This document shows, one piece after another, positions 1 through 15,330 of a stretch of 64,000 nt of DNA; the stretch's first letter is position 1, and every line of letters starts with the position of its first letter. The translations under genes were made by a program, and so were the position numbers. Location: positions 58,714,001 through 58,778,000 of the forward strand of contig OX597827.1 of NCBI GenBank assembly GCA_951406725.2, read 5' to 3'. Under the pieces are notes generated by a model that ran no database searches, was not told where the DNA came from, and saw only the letters and a program-made list of their open reading frames with translations. The stretch comes from Octopus vulgaris. Lineage: Eukaryota.

Positions 1-499
1 GTTTATACAGGTTTATACAGCGGCATACAAAAGTGACGCTTCTATAAAAGCGTCGCCTGTAACCAACTTAACAGCGAAGTAATTCTTTAGGATGAGAAAT
101 TTCAACAACTTCATTACTTTCTCCAAAGCACAGACAGAATGGTACAATTTCAAGGGATTAGAACTCATAACATCTTTAACAGCCTCAGAGATAAGCGCCT
201 CGTATGCATTCAGACCACTAGTTAGTCACCTGGTCGTCTTGTATTTGAGAACAATGAATAATATGGTGTTCCTGCCCATTCGCCAAAACAAGTGGGAAAT
301 TATGAGGGAAATAACAACAATAATTGGATAATAATGTTGCTGTTGTCGTTGTTGTTGTTGTTGATGATGATGATGATGATGAAGCAGGGTTAAATTGATC
401 GATAGAGTGTATGGAAGCAAAGAAAGCAGTCACTAAAAACATCAGTGCAAACACAAAAGAAGAAGGAAAATAAAACACATGACAGACAGAGAAAACTGA

Positions 500-555
<56 letters not shown>

Positions 556-1448
556 AGGAAAGAAAGAATGAAAGAAAGAAAGAATGAAAGAAAGAAAGGT
601 TATGTGAAAGGCTGGATATATGAATGGATAGAAGCAAGAAGTGTGGCGGGGTGGTGATTGTGGGGTAATGAGAAATATATTCATAAAAGAAATCGATGAA
701 AAGGCTATTGACATCGATGGAAAAAGCAAATAATGAGATGTAAACATAAAAAGAGTAGAGGATTTGTTTCGAGAGGCAAACAAACAACAGTAATAACTAC
801 GTAAGAAAAAACAGAAAAATAAAGGTCGCTAAATTGAAACAAATACGGCAAAGTTTGAAGGAAGAATAAAAAAACTAGAGAGGAGAATACAAGGGGAGCT
901 AACCGTAAATGGTTATTTCGTTTGTCGATTGATTATTGTCTGTTTGTACAGTTGTATGGAAACAATTAAAGCAGCCAGCGAACAAATTGGTTAATGGTGA
1001 AGAAAATATCGATAAGAAATGCCTCCGAAATTCTGCGTTTTTCAGTCATTTCTTTTGTATGTATGTATGTGCATGTGTGCGTATGTGTGTGTGTGGTTTT
1101 GTCATATTATTGTACATAATATTGCACTTACGCCGACGTTTAACTCTGTCCCAAAAGTCATCTGGTTTCAATTTCTGCATACACACCTTACACAAATAAA
1201 TCAAAATGAATAAATGCTCTGTTGAAGTGTATGCGTGTGCGTGTTAGGGAAGGGACGGGTCCTGCCTGCGGTTCACCTCAATTGTTCAAAATGATTTTTC
1301 ACCCTTTTATTATTATTATTTTTTTGTTGTATGTGTGTATGATTAATTTCTCTCCAGCCATCTTTCGCTCTCCCTCTCCCCCCACTCTCTCTCTCTATTC
1401 CTTATATTCTTTTGACTATTCGAAAAGACAAAGCACCAGCACTCTTTC

Positions 1449-1741
1449 GTATGTATGTATGTATGTATGTATGTATGTATGTATGTATGTATGTATGTAT
1501 GTATGTATGTATGTATGTATGTATGTATGTATATATGTACGTATGTATATATATATATATGTATGTATGTATGTATATATGTATGTATATATATATATAT
1601 ATATGTATGTATATGTATGTATATATATATATATATATGTATGTATATTTATGTATATATATATATATATATATGTATGTATATGTATGTATATATATAT
1701 ATATATGTATATATATGTATATATATATGTATGTATGTATG

Positions 1742-1775
<34 letters not shown>

Positions 1776-1787
1776 TATTTATATAAG

Positions 1788-1835
<48 letters not shown>

Positions 1836-1845
1836 TATGTATATA
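1449..1845. repeat. (TATG)n/(TA)n compound microsatellite
   Basis: Direct reading of the tandem units; explains the MYVC/YI pseudo-ORFs. Confidence 0.95.
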
Positions 1846-2507
1846 GACGGACTAACAGACAGAGAGACAGACAGATAGATAGATAGATAGATAGATAGAT
1901 AAACTGACAGACAGACAGATATGTGTATGCATGTATGTATGTATGTATGTATGTATATATATATGTACGAACGCGTACAGAGATACATGTATGTGTGTGT
2001 AAAGTGGTGATGATGATGATGATGTTGAGAGTGGTGGATCGTTGATGATTGATAATGGGGAGGGGTTCGTTTGCTCGATCAACTGAATTATCCGCTCCTG
2101 AATTAACGTGTAAGTGGCTGAGTATTCCATAGACACGTATCATAATTCTTAGGCAGTATTAACTAATGTAGTACTGTAACAAAGTTGTACCTTGTACTTT
2201 TTGTATTGCTGGTACAATCCATCTGATTGGCTTCTATGCAATTTCCGTCAACCTAATTTCACTCACAATGTATGGAATTACCTGCAGCTTATAGAAAATG
2301 ATATTTGCCAAAGATAGCACGCTGTGAAACCGAACTCGGAATCTCGTGGCTACGAAGCAAGCTTCTTAAACATTCGGTCACACACACGTACACACACACA
2401 CACGTACACACACACGCGTACACACACACACGTACCTAAATACATGATGTATGTGTGGTTTGGGCATGTATTAAGTACGTATGTATCTATGTATACACAT
2501 ACATATA

Positions 2508-2879
<372 letters not shown>

Positions 2880-3163
2880 CAACAATTGAGGGTAAAATTA
2901 ATTAATTATTAATCAATTTCACCAAGTATTCAGTATGCAAAGGGACCATTTAAGGCGAATTCAAATTATTACATTATATAAAAGGGCTTAGTAAAATAAA
3001 TTACTTTGCCACATACTGAACTCATTAGAAATAGTAGCCAAAAAAAACTTTTTTAAAACTATTTCTAATACTTAAAGAAAATCTCTCTCATATAGTGTTT
3101 GCTCAATTCAACTCACGAAAGTATGGGGGTAAAGACATTAAAAAATCAAATGCAAAGGTTATT

Positions 3164-3215
3164 TGAGAACGTACGTTTCTAGATTAGTCAACTCGACATT
3201 TCTTTCGTCAGCTCA
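3164..3215 (-). ncRNA. Type I hammerhead ribozyme motif (inverted copy)
   Basis: Reverse complement of 3551-3602. Confidence 0.7.
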
Positions 3216-3550
3216 GAACTCCTTGGTTTGGATTTGAAAACACTGAAAGTGGGAGCATACCCTTTCGGCTTCTTATCGCTTCTGAAGATCTGCTCGAACT
3301 ATCAGTGCCAGCAAACTCAAAATATGCAAGCGAAGAATTTCTGCTCTCCCCTTTCCACCAGCGTGGGTTAAAATCAGTAGACACTATGCTTTTTCGGTAA
3401 AATCCGAAGCATTAGGGGAGAGCAGAAATTCTTCGCTTGCATATTTTGAGTTTGCTGGCACTGATAGTTCGAGCAGATCTTCAGAAGCGATAAGAAGCCG
3501 AAAGGGTATGCTCCCACTTTCAGTGTTTTCAAATCCAAACCAAGGAGTTC

Positions 3551-3602
3551 TGAGCTGACGAAAGAAATGTCGAGTTGACTAATCTAGAAACGTACGTTCT
3601 CA
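3551..3602 (+). ncRNA. Type I hammerhead ribozyme motif
   Basis: TGAG-CTGACGA-a aga..gtcg agt tgac..tct a-GAAA-C GTAC G-TT-CTCA. Stem I is tgag/ctca, stem III is palindromic (ACGTACGT), cleavage triplet GUU. Confidence 0.7.
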
Positions 3603-4110
3603 AATAACCTTTGCATTTGATTTTTTAATGTCTTTACCCCCATACTTTCGTGAGTTGAATTGAGCAAACACTATATGAGAGAGATTTTCTTTAAGTATTA
3701 GAAATAGTTTTAAAAAAGTTTTTTTTGGCTACTATTTCTAATGAGTTCAGTATGTGGCAAAGTAATTTATTTTACTAAGCCCTTTTATATAATGTAATAA
3801 TTTGAATTCGCCTTAAATGGTCCCTTTGCATACTGAATACTTGGTGAAATTGATTAATAATTAATTAATTTTACCCTCAATTGTTGAAATTATAATTCAT
3901 CTCTCTCTATTTAATGCTTCGGATTTTACCGAAAAAGCATAGTGTTTACTGATTTTAACCCACGCTGGTGGAAAGGGGAGAGCAGAAATTCTTCGCTTGC
4001 ATATTTTGAGTTTGCTGGCACTGATAGTTCGAGCAGATCTTCAGAAGCGATAAGAAGCCGAAATGGTATGCTCCCACTTTCAGTGTTTTCAAATCCAAAC
4101 CAAGGAGTTC

Positions 4111-4162
4111 TGAGCTGACGAAAGAAATGTCGAGTTGACTAATCTAGAAACGTACGTTCTCA
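4111..4162 (+). ncRNA. Type I hammerhead ribozyme motif (tandem copy, +560)
   Basis: Identical to 3551-3602. Confidence 0.7.
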
Positions 4163-4341
4163 AATAACCTTTGCATTTGATTTTTTAATGTCTTTACCCC
4201 CATACTTTCGTGAGTTGAATTGAGCAAACACTATATGAGAGAGATTTTCTTTAAGTATTAGAAATAGTTTTAAAAAAGTTTTTTTTGGCTACTATTTCTA
4301 ATGAGTTCAGTATGTGGCAAAGTAATTTATTTTACTAAGCC

Positions 4342-4683
<342 letters not shown>

Positions 4684-4716
4684 GTGTGTGTGTGTGTATA
4701 TATATATGTATGTATG

Positions 4717-5030
4717 TATAAATTTATATGAATAAGGATAAGGTCGTTATTTAAATACTGATCATTTCAAGTGGCCAGTATGGGAATAAAATCCTTCAAA
4801 GGTAATAATTATTATTAAAATTATAATTTAGGGTATCTAAGAAATACCATCAGGATGGAAATAGTAGCCAAAACTTGACTCTAAAACCACATTAAATGTT
4901 CATACAGCACCGGGAGAGACGACAAAGAGACAAAATAAACTAGCAAAAAAAATTAATGAGGTTTTAGAGTCAAGTTTTGGCTGCTATTCCCAGCGTGGTG
5001 GTATCTCTTAGATACCCTCAATTATAATTA
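4717..5030. mobile_element. Fold-back copy of a TA-associated repeat family; other copies at 47128-47340, 53543-53770, 56987-57060, 57165-57455
   Basis: ttataatttagggtatct...gaaatagtagccaaaacttgactctaaaaccacattaa (4821-4895) is inverted at 4953-5027; the same sequence recurs at four other loci. Confidence 0.8.
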
Positions 5031-5040
5031 TATATATATA

Positions 5041-5449
5041 GGCGCAGGAGTGGCTGTGTGGTAAGTACCTTGTTTACCAACCACATGGTTCCGGGTTCAG
5101 TCCCACTGCGTGGCACCTTGGGCAAGTGTCTTCTACTATAGCCTCGGGCCGACCAAAGCCTTTGAGTGGATTTGGTAGACGGAAACTGAAAGAAGCCTGT
5201 CGTATATATGTATATATATGCATGTGCGTATGTGTGTTTGTGTGTCTGTATTTGTCCCCCCAACATCGCTTGAACAACCGATGCTGGTGTGTTTATGTCC
5301 CCGTTAATTAGCGGTTCGGCAAAAGAGACCGATAAAATAAGTACTGGGCTTACAAAAGAATAAGTCCCGGGGTCGAGTTGCTCGACTAAAGGCGGTGCTC
5401 CAGCATGGTCGCAGTCAAATGACTGAAACAAGTAAAAGAGTAAAAGAGT
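5041..5449 (+). mobile_element. tRNA-like SINE family 1 (ggcgcaggagtggctgtgtggtaag...), internal microsatellite, (GTAAAAGA)n tail
   Basis: A-box-like tggctgtgtgg and B-box-like ggttcagtccc; about 20 full or partial homologous copies in the window. Confidence 0.9.
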
Positions 5450-5457
5450 ATATGATA

Positions 5458-5932
5458 TGAGGCATGATTGAGCTTGATCATTATTGGGACCGCCTTAAAG
5501 CATTGAAGCTTTATTCTTATGCACCATTATGAGAGCGAAATCATTTGGACAATGTGAATAATATATCACCAACTAGCATCGGACAAACGATCCTAACATC
5601 AAATTCAGAATTCATCCAAGGCTGGGACCCCTTGCCATATGCGCCCTACTCAATTCAGGCTCACAATTACTTTTCCTAAACAGACTCTGCTGTATTTAAC
5701 ATTATCCAAAAACGAAGAAAAATGAAAGAAAAAAAATGATCCCATCACCTTCGAATGATATCTGGATAAATTTTCTTCAACGGTTACCAGACCAGCCACC
5801 TATATCCGGATACATCGCAATCAACAACTCCTTACTTGAATGGGCCATGATACCAACCTTGACTTGAAAATGACTTAACAGATTCATTCTAGACATGAGC
5901 TGGGCCAATGTTTGGCCGAAACATATCAGAAT
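5458..5932 (+). mobile_element. Degraded CR1/L2-like LINE 3' end
   Basis: Encodes YWDRLKALKLYS-like peptide; homologous to 36305-36663 and 58428-58920. Confidence 0.65.
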
Positions 5933-5946
5933 TTACGCACGCACGC

Positions 5947-5996
<50 letters not shown>

Positions 5997-5997
5997 G

Positions 5998-6076
<79 letters not shown>

Positions 6077-6429
6077 TATAAGTAGAGAAAAGAGTTACAT
6101 TCATCAATAAGGACAATAACATGCGATTTAACAAGTGAGCCACTCGATGTGCTAGAAATAGCTGCTGAATCTTCCTTATGTCACACGTTACCATCTGAAA
6201 TAAGGTAAGTAGACACTGCAGCCTAACATGCCTTCCATAAAAATCAGGTTGGTTATGTCTGGAACACTTTTGATCATAAACCTGCTCGGCCATGGTTGAT
6301 CAAGAACTGGGGCCCCACCACTAGCATCTCAAAATTAGAAAGAATTTTGTCCTCTTCCCATGTTAATTGCATCTAATTTTTGCTCAAAACTTACAGTTTT
6401 TTGAGAAGAGAGACTAAGCGATAACATGG

Positions 6430-7350
6430 ACGTCAATACTACACAATCATTTGATTTTATTGATCACGGAATTGACCTCAGCGAGATTTGAACTCAGTGT
6501 AAATAGCCGGAACGGATTAGTACAGAGTATTTCTTTTGATTCTCTAACAATTCTGCCAACTCGCTGCCTCTCCGCTCTTATAACGATTTCAAATTTTGGC
6601 ACAAGACCAGCAGTTTAGGGAGATGGCGTAAGTTGATTACACGGATTCCAGTACTCAACTGATACTTATTCTATTGACTCCGAAAGGATGAAAGGCAAAG
6701 TCGATCTGGGCGGAATTTGACCCCAGAACATAAAGACGGACGAAGTGCCGCTAACCTTTTTTTCCGGTGCGTTAACGATTCTACCAGCTCGTCGCCTTCT
6801 CTGCACTTATTAATAGCTTAAGACCAGCAATTTTAGTGTGGTGGGTGCTCTGGACGATACCATGGACTATACCGATACTTCATTTCTTTGATTCCGGTGA
6901 AATGAAAGGCAAAGTCGACCTTGGCAGGATTTGAACTCGTAATGTACGCTTTATGTTGTTGAACCTTAAGTTAGCTCAGATTGAGCAAAACATGTGGTTA
7001 AAGATACTCTAACTATGACCATATCATGCTTTTATATAAAGGATTATGTTGACCAATGTATCCCTCCTTTTTAAGAGAGGGAGTTTGATTCAAAGTAGAT
7101 TTGGTTGCTATTTCTCCAAGAATGAGTGACCACTTTGACTCTTCCTCGTTGGTTTGAATAGGAAAATGTTGAAAGTTTATCTTACGAGTTTGACTTCATT
7201 CATTCATACAGTCGTTTCAAATTTTAGAGACAAGGCCAGAAATTTTGGCACAAGGCCATCAGTTTAGGGAGATGGCGTAAGTCGATTACACGGATTCAAG
7301 TACTCAACTGATACTTATCTTATCGACTCCGAAAGTATGAAAGGCAAATG
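6430..7350 (-). mobile_element. Cluster of about 4 diverged copies of SINE family 2 (gttcaaattccgccgaggtcgactttgcctttcatcc core)
   Basis: Reverse-complement core ggatgaaaggcaaagtcgac...gaatttgaac repeated near 6480, 6690, 6905 and 7335. Confidence 0.75.
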
Positions 7351-7354
7351 TTGA

Positions 7355-7664
7355 AAGGATGTTGGACAAAACACCCATGTTTCCAGAGGTGAATTATTCA
7401 AACCCCAAAGAATTGCTCTCAACATATGGCTACGATGCCCCACCCCCACTGCTGCTCGTGATCGGAGATGCACATATCGTCAGCCACTAAGGGACATGCT
7501 CGACTGGTTAAGGTCAAACAACTGACAAGCAAATCTGTGGTGTTGAGCAGAATATTTGCTGTAGCCCTTCTTTTATTCCAAGGCAAAACAATGTACACGA
7601 GAACACTTCCAATCAGTTAAGACCTGAAACCATGGGAGCCACTGCTTGTACTGCATCAAGGCAT
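7355..7664 (-). mobile_element. Partial copy of the (TAA)n-associated non-autonomous element
   Basis: Homologous to 14260-14570; abuts (ATT)n at 7667-7847. Confidence 0.85.
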
Positions 7665-7665
7665 C

Positions 7666-7831
<166 letters not shown>

Positions 7832-8050
7832 TTATTATTATTATTATAGGCGGATATATATGGGAAATTAATGAGGGATAAAACTCCATAGTATCGAAAG
7901 CCAAAATATGAAGAACGCCATTTCTAGATTATTTCATATTTTATTCCGAATGGTTGGGTGAAAACTGAGCTAAAAATCCTGGAGGGCATAACAGAAGACT
8001 AGAGTGTATATTTATTTCTTTATTACCCACAAGGGGCTAAACACAGAAAG

Positions 8051-8175
<125 letters not shown>

Positions 8176-8732
8176 GAGAGAGGGGGGGAGAGATAAACAT
8201 GCTGGAAGGCAGGCAGGAGGCAGACAGGCAAATATATATATATATATATATATATATAGATAGATAGATAGATAGATAGACAGTAAATGACAATAGAAGT
8301 ATAATTGAAGACAACATGGACGCCAGCAGTTTGTTCAAAAGCTCACGGTATTGTTTTTACAATCAGGTCTTTGAGAATGGTAAAGTGAGATTAGAACAGA
8401 CAACGTGGAAGCAAGAAGTGAGGAGAAGGAGAGGAGCTGTTAGGGAAACTGGAAGGGGTCAGAGGGAGAGGAACATGTCAGCAAACAAATTAATTTGCTG
8501 CACCAAACGTCCATGATGGAGAGGATTTCGATCATGTGTGAGCAAAACAAGATCCAGAATTGACCGTGCACACAGTTGTCCTCCGCTTGTCAACGAAACA
8601 AGGGGCGGTAAGATGTTGGTCGAGATGGATATGCGGGTAGTGATGCTTGTAGTCATAGTGACGATATTAGCGATGTTGCTGCTGCTGTTGATGCTGTTTT
8701 ATTAGTTGACATTGGCGTTATTGCACGTATTA

Positions 8733-9113
8733 GTGGTGGTGGTGGTGGTGGTGGTGGTGGTAGTGATATTGGTGGTTGTGGTGGTTGTGGTGGTGCTGGT
8801 GGTTGTAACGATGATGATGATGATATTGATGATGGGGACGATGACGATGATGGTGACGACGTCGGCGATGGTTACGACGGCGACGATGACGATGAAGGAC
8901 AATGACGACGATGGCAACGACGATGATGACGAAGACGATGACCGCAACAACGACAACGACGACGATGAGGAGGAGGAGGAGGAAGATGACGATAATAATA
9001 ATGACGACAAGGACGACGGTGACGATTATGATGACGATGATGATGATGATGATGATGATGGTGATGGTGATGACGATGATGATGATGATGATGATGATGG
9101 TGATGGTGATGAC

Positions 9114-9147
<34 letters not shown>

Positions 9148-9180
9148 GTGATGGTGATGATGGTGATGATGATGATGATG
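8733..9180. repeat. (GGT)n/(GAT)n/(GAC)n trinucleotide low-complexity tract
   Basis: Direct reading; source of poly-V/poly-D pseudo-ORFs. Confidence 0.9.
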
Positions 9181-9569
9181 AGAGTATTGTTTAGCCCAAT
9201 GTCAGCTTTCACCGAGCTGACCTAGGATCAAAAGCTGTGAACATCCTGTCTTAATTATTTACGACTACATTATACAATACGCTCTTTCGTATTTTGTAAG
9301 ACATTAGGATGAGATTACAAAGAGACGTGGTTACAATTTCTGGCTAGTCAAGTCATCACAGGACCGAGCGATACTAGATAGAAATTGTATGAAGAGGGCT
9401 CTAAACCTTTTAGCAATACCACCAGCGTTTCTTTCGCGTTTATAATACATAGCAGAAAGTGAGCGGCACAGTCCTCTGTCGTAAGAAGTAGAAGAGAGAT
9501 TCAGGTTAATAAACGATTATTTCGTTGGCAAACAGTGTCGAGCTGAAGGATTTTTTAGTCGACGAAACG

Positions 9570-9660
<91 letters not shown>

Positions 9661-9742
9661 TGTATATCAAACCCGAGCTGTTATATTTAATCTGCTTATC
9701 TGCATAATTCTCTCTGTCGTTTGTACTCTGTGTAAGTTTGAT

Positions 9743-9841
<99 letters not shown>

Positions 9842-10271
9842 GTATATTTCCACACGCGCCAGCTGAATTCAATTCGTCCCCAGTCGAAAGACACCTGTTG
9901 TTATGTCCTGTTATTATTATTTTTATTTTTATTGTTTTTATATTGTATTTATTGTATTTATATTTGTGTAGCATTGTCTGTTTTCCCGTCCTTGTTTTCG
10001 TATACATTCGATGCTTTCTTCCAAGGAATCTATTGCTCTTAGCTTAGCTTTTCCTTGGTGCTGGCCAGATTGGAGCAATCTCAAAATTAATCAGTCGAAA
10101 GTGCGAGGATGATCCGGTTCTTGACTGAGGATAGAAAGCTTCGAATGACCCGTTCTTATTTTTTTTTTGTATCGTCTATCTGGATGTTTTGTTGTCCCTT
10201 TTTGTATCACCTAGTTGTCCGGATGTTTTGCGTTCTTGTCCCATTTTGTAATTTTTACACACACACACACA

Positions 10272-10358
<87 letters not shown>

Positions 10359-10566
10359 GTATATATACTCCACGTGTTGAAGAGCTTGCACACAGCTATG
10401 GCTGAAAAATATTATTTAACTATATAAGTAATTATAAAGAATATTCTTCTATGGTGGTATATGAATATGAACTCAGCAACTTATAGCTGATGTGCAGTAC
10501 AGAAGCAGATGTTGTGATCTATTATTAAAGCTTGACAACCTCCATCCTCATGTCATATTGATCATA

Positions 10567-10605
<39 letters not shown>

Positions 10606-11142
10606 ATGTATGTATTTATGTATGTATACATGTATGCATGTATGTATGTATGTATCTATGCATGTATGTATGTATGTATGTATGTATGCATGCATGTATG
10701 TATGTATGTATGTATGTATGTGTGTATGTATGTATGTATGTATGTATGTGTGTATGTACCACAGTCTTCCACACAATTATCATCAACCAAATTAAATCAC
10801 AAATCATTAGTTGGCCCGGGGGTGCATTAAAAGGGACTTGCCCGAGGCGCATCACAGTGAGATTGAACCCGGGAAAACAATGCCTATTATATCATGGTTT
10901 TGAGGTAATTAATTGATTTAATAATGAATGTACAAACACACACACATGAAACAGATAGATAAATACTCATATAATATATATATACACAAGTACACACACA
11001 CACACATATATATAGCGAGAGAAAGGGAAATAGATAGATATATTGGTATACATATTTATATGTGGATATGTATATATATTTATATGGATGTGTATATATA
11101 TATATATATATAATTATATTTATATGGATATGTGTATGTGTA

Positions 11143-11207
<65 letters not shown>

Positions 11208-11228
11208 ATATGTATGTATATATGTATG

Positions 11229-11308
<80 letters not shown>

Positions 11309-11687
11309 TATATGTAATACACTTTACACATAGATTAATCTCCTTTGTATTGTGTATAAATTCTTGATTCAGTAAAAGAAGATCCTTAATTGCTTTCTTG
11401 CGACGAAGAAGAAAACTACTTCATCACTACCGTCACGGTACCACCACCATCATCACCAGAACCACCAGCAGCCCGCTCAAACACACACACACACACATAC
11501 ACATACACACACACAAATACTTACACACGTATATATATGCATACACCCAACAATTAAGACCGACAATACTTTGCGTCAAACCGCTAAAGAGAAAGGCTTA
11601 AACTAACAAAGACAAAAGTATCACCGTGACATCGTTGAATCATCCATCTCGTGTTTATTATCTTTGTTATATCTGGGTATATATATG

Positions 11688-11729
<42 letters not shown>

Positions 11730-11796
11730 TTTTATACTGCTCTAACGAGACACCATCTATCGATTGATCATAGCTCTCCCTTCGCGTGCGTGCGGG

Positions 11797-12381
<585 letters not shown>

Positions 12382-12668
12382 AGTGTCCTCCGTGTGACTG
12401 AGTGTGAAAGTGTGAGTGACTAGATATGGTTGCACTCGCTTCATTGGCGAGGGGAAATTAGCACTAATTTACTGATCTCGCATCTAATAATAATGCATCG
12501 AGCCGGTGATGCTTGTTTGATAAGGTAAACGATAATGCTGATTATGGGTACATTAATGGCGTTTTTATCAATAACGTCATTAAAGGTGCACACGGGAACA
12601 ATAGGCTGAACGAAGCAGAATGTGGTATCAAATGGTCACATATAAAGAGAGAGGGAGAGATAGAGAGA

Positions 12669-12699
<31 letters not shown>

Positions 12700-12829
12700 G
12701 GAGAGAGGGAGAGAGAGAGGGAGAGATAGAGAGACAGAGAGACGGTGGAATGGAGGGAGCGATGATGGTGAGATAGATAGAAGAGAGATAGATGGGTAAA
12801 TATAAATATTTGCATGTATATACGTAGCT

Positions 12830-13350
12830 ATACACACACACATTCATACACTCACACACACATTCATACTCTCACACACACATTCATACACTCACACACA
12901 CATCCATACACTCACACACATTCATACACTCACACACACATTCATACATTCACACACATTCATACACTCACACACACATTCATACACTCACACACATTCA
13001 TACACTCACACACACATTCATACACTCACACACATTCATACACTCACACACACATTCATACACTCACACACACATTCATACACTCACACACACATTCATA
13101 CACTCACACATACATTCATACACTCACACACACATTCATACACTCACACACATTCATACACTCACACACACATTCATACACTCACACACACATTCATACA
13201 CTCACACACACATTCATACACTCACACACACATTCATACACTCACACACACATTCATACACTCACACACACATTCATACACTCACACATATTCATACACT
13301 CACACACACATTCATACACTCACACACACATTCATACACTCACACACACA
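12830..13350. repeat. Minisatellite, 18-20 bp unit (CA)3-5-TTCATACACT
   Basis: About 25 tandem copies of cacacacattcatacact. Confidence 0.92.
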
Positions 13351-13368
13351 CATACACACAGACATGCA

Positions 13369-14576
13369 TACAAGTGGGTACCCAAAAGAAAACGGAATTT
13401 TGTAATATCATATTCACTTAGTTTTACATGTTTACACTTTTATCACCATCAAATTACTCGCCATTTAAAGTAATGAATCGGTCCAGACGCGTTTTTCACT
13501 GTTCGAAGCAGTCCTGGAACTCTTGCGAAGTGATGCCTTTTAACGCCTCCGAGAGAGCAGTGTATGCCATCAACGTGATACAGGGGTAAAATATACGAAG
13601 CCCAGTATACCCATCATGACTACGCATCTGATAAGGGCACACCAGGCACATGCATCACAACCATATGTGTGCGACATGGTGATCTCATATCAAGATAAAC
13701 AGCACATGACCTTGCAGGTGGGGCTCAGTTAGAAATTTTTTCCAGGTCGAGTAGCCCATCCCGCTCAAAAGGTCCCTGAATAAGAATAGTTTAAGGATGT
13801 TGAACGAACAACCCATGCTTCCAAAGGTGAATTATCCAAACCTCCAAGAATTCCTTTCAACACACAGCTATGATGCTCTCCCACTACTTCTGCTCATGAT
13901 CAGAGATGCACATATCGTAAGCTCAACTGGTTATGGTCAAACAACTGATAAGCAAATCTGGTATTGAGCAGAATATTTGCTGTAGCCCCATTATTATTAT
14001 TATTATTATTATTGAGTGAGAGAGCAGTGCATGCCATCAAAGTGACACTGGGGTAAAATATACGAAGCCCAATATACCCATCATGACTACCCGTCCGATA
14101 AAGATACACCAGGCACATGCATCACAACCATATGTGCGCGACATGGTGATCTCATATCAAGATAAACAGCACATGACCTTGCAGGTGGGGCCCAGTTAGA
14201 ATTTTCTTCAGGTTGAGTAGCCCATCCCGCTCAAACGGTCTCTGAATAAGGGTTGTTTAAGGATGTTGAAAGAACCACCCATGTTTCCAGAGGTGAATTA
14301 TCCAAACCCCAAAGAATCCCCCCAACACATGGCCATGATGCTCCCCCACTACTTCTGCTCGTGATCAGAGATGCACATATCGTCAGCCACTAAGGGACAT
14401 GCTCAACTGGTTAAGGTCAAACAACTGACAAGCAAATCTGTGGTATTGAGCAGAATATTTGCTGTAGCCCATCTTTTATACCAAGACAAAACAATGTACA
14501 TGATAACACTTCCAATCAGTTAAGATCAGAAGCCATGAGAGCCACTGTCTGGTACTGCATCAGGGCATTTATGATG

Positions 14577-14620
<44 letters not shown>

Positions 14621-15065
14621 GAGTGAGAGAGCAGTTCATGCCATCAAAGTGACACTGGGGTAAAATATACGAAGCCCAATATACCCATCATGACTACCCG
14701 TCTGATAAGGGTACACCAGGCACATGCATCACAACCATATGTGCGCGACATGGCGATCTCATATCAAGATAAACAGCACATGACCTTGCAGGTGGGGCCC
14801 AGTTAGAATTTTTTCTTCAGGTTGAGTAGCCCATCCCGCTCAAACGGTCCCTGAATAAGGGTTGTTTAAGGATGTTGAAAGAACCACCCATGTTTCCAGA
14901 GGTGAACTATTCAAATCCCAAAGAATCCCTCTCAACACACAGCTATGATGCTCCCCCACTACTTCTGCTCATGATCAGTGATGCACATATCGTCAGCTCA
15001 ACTGGTTAAGGTCAAACAACTGACAAGCAAATATGTGGTATTGAGCAGAATGTTTGCTGTAGCCC

Positions 15066-15130
<65 letters not shown>

Positions 15131-15141
15131 TAATAATAATG

Positions 15142-15199
<58 letters not shown>

Positions 15200-15237
15200 T
15201 AATAATAATGATAATAATAATAATGATAATAATAATG

Positions 15238-15283
<46 letters not shown>

Positions 15284-15294
15284 TAATAATAATA

Positions 15295-15330
<36 letters not shown>

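Noticed and set aside
92-331. 79-aa non-repetitive ORF at the window start
   Set aside because: No recognisable domain (no homeodomain in the frames inspected) and no splice evidence
12830-15065. CRISPR-like regular repeats
   Set aside because: Eukaryotic context, no unique spacers and no cas genes; these are a minisatellite and stacked retroposons
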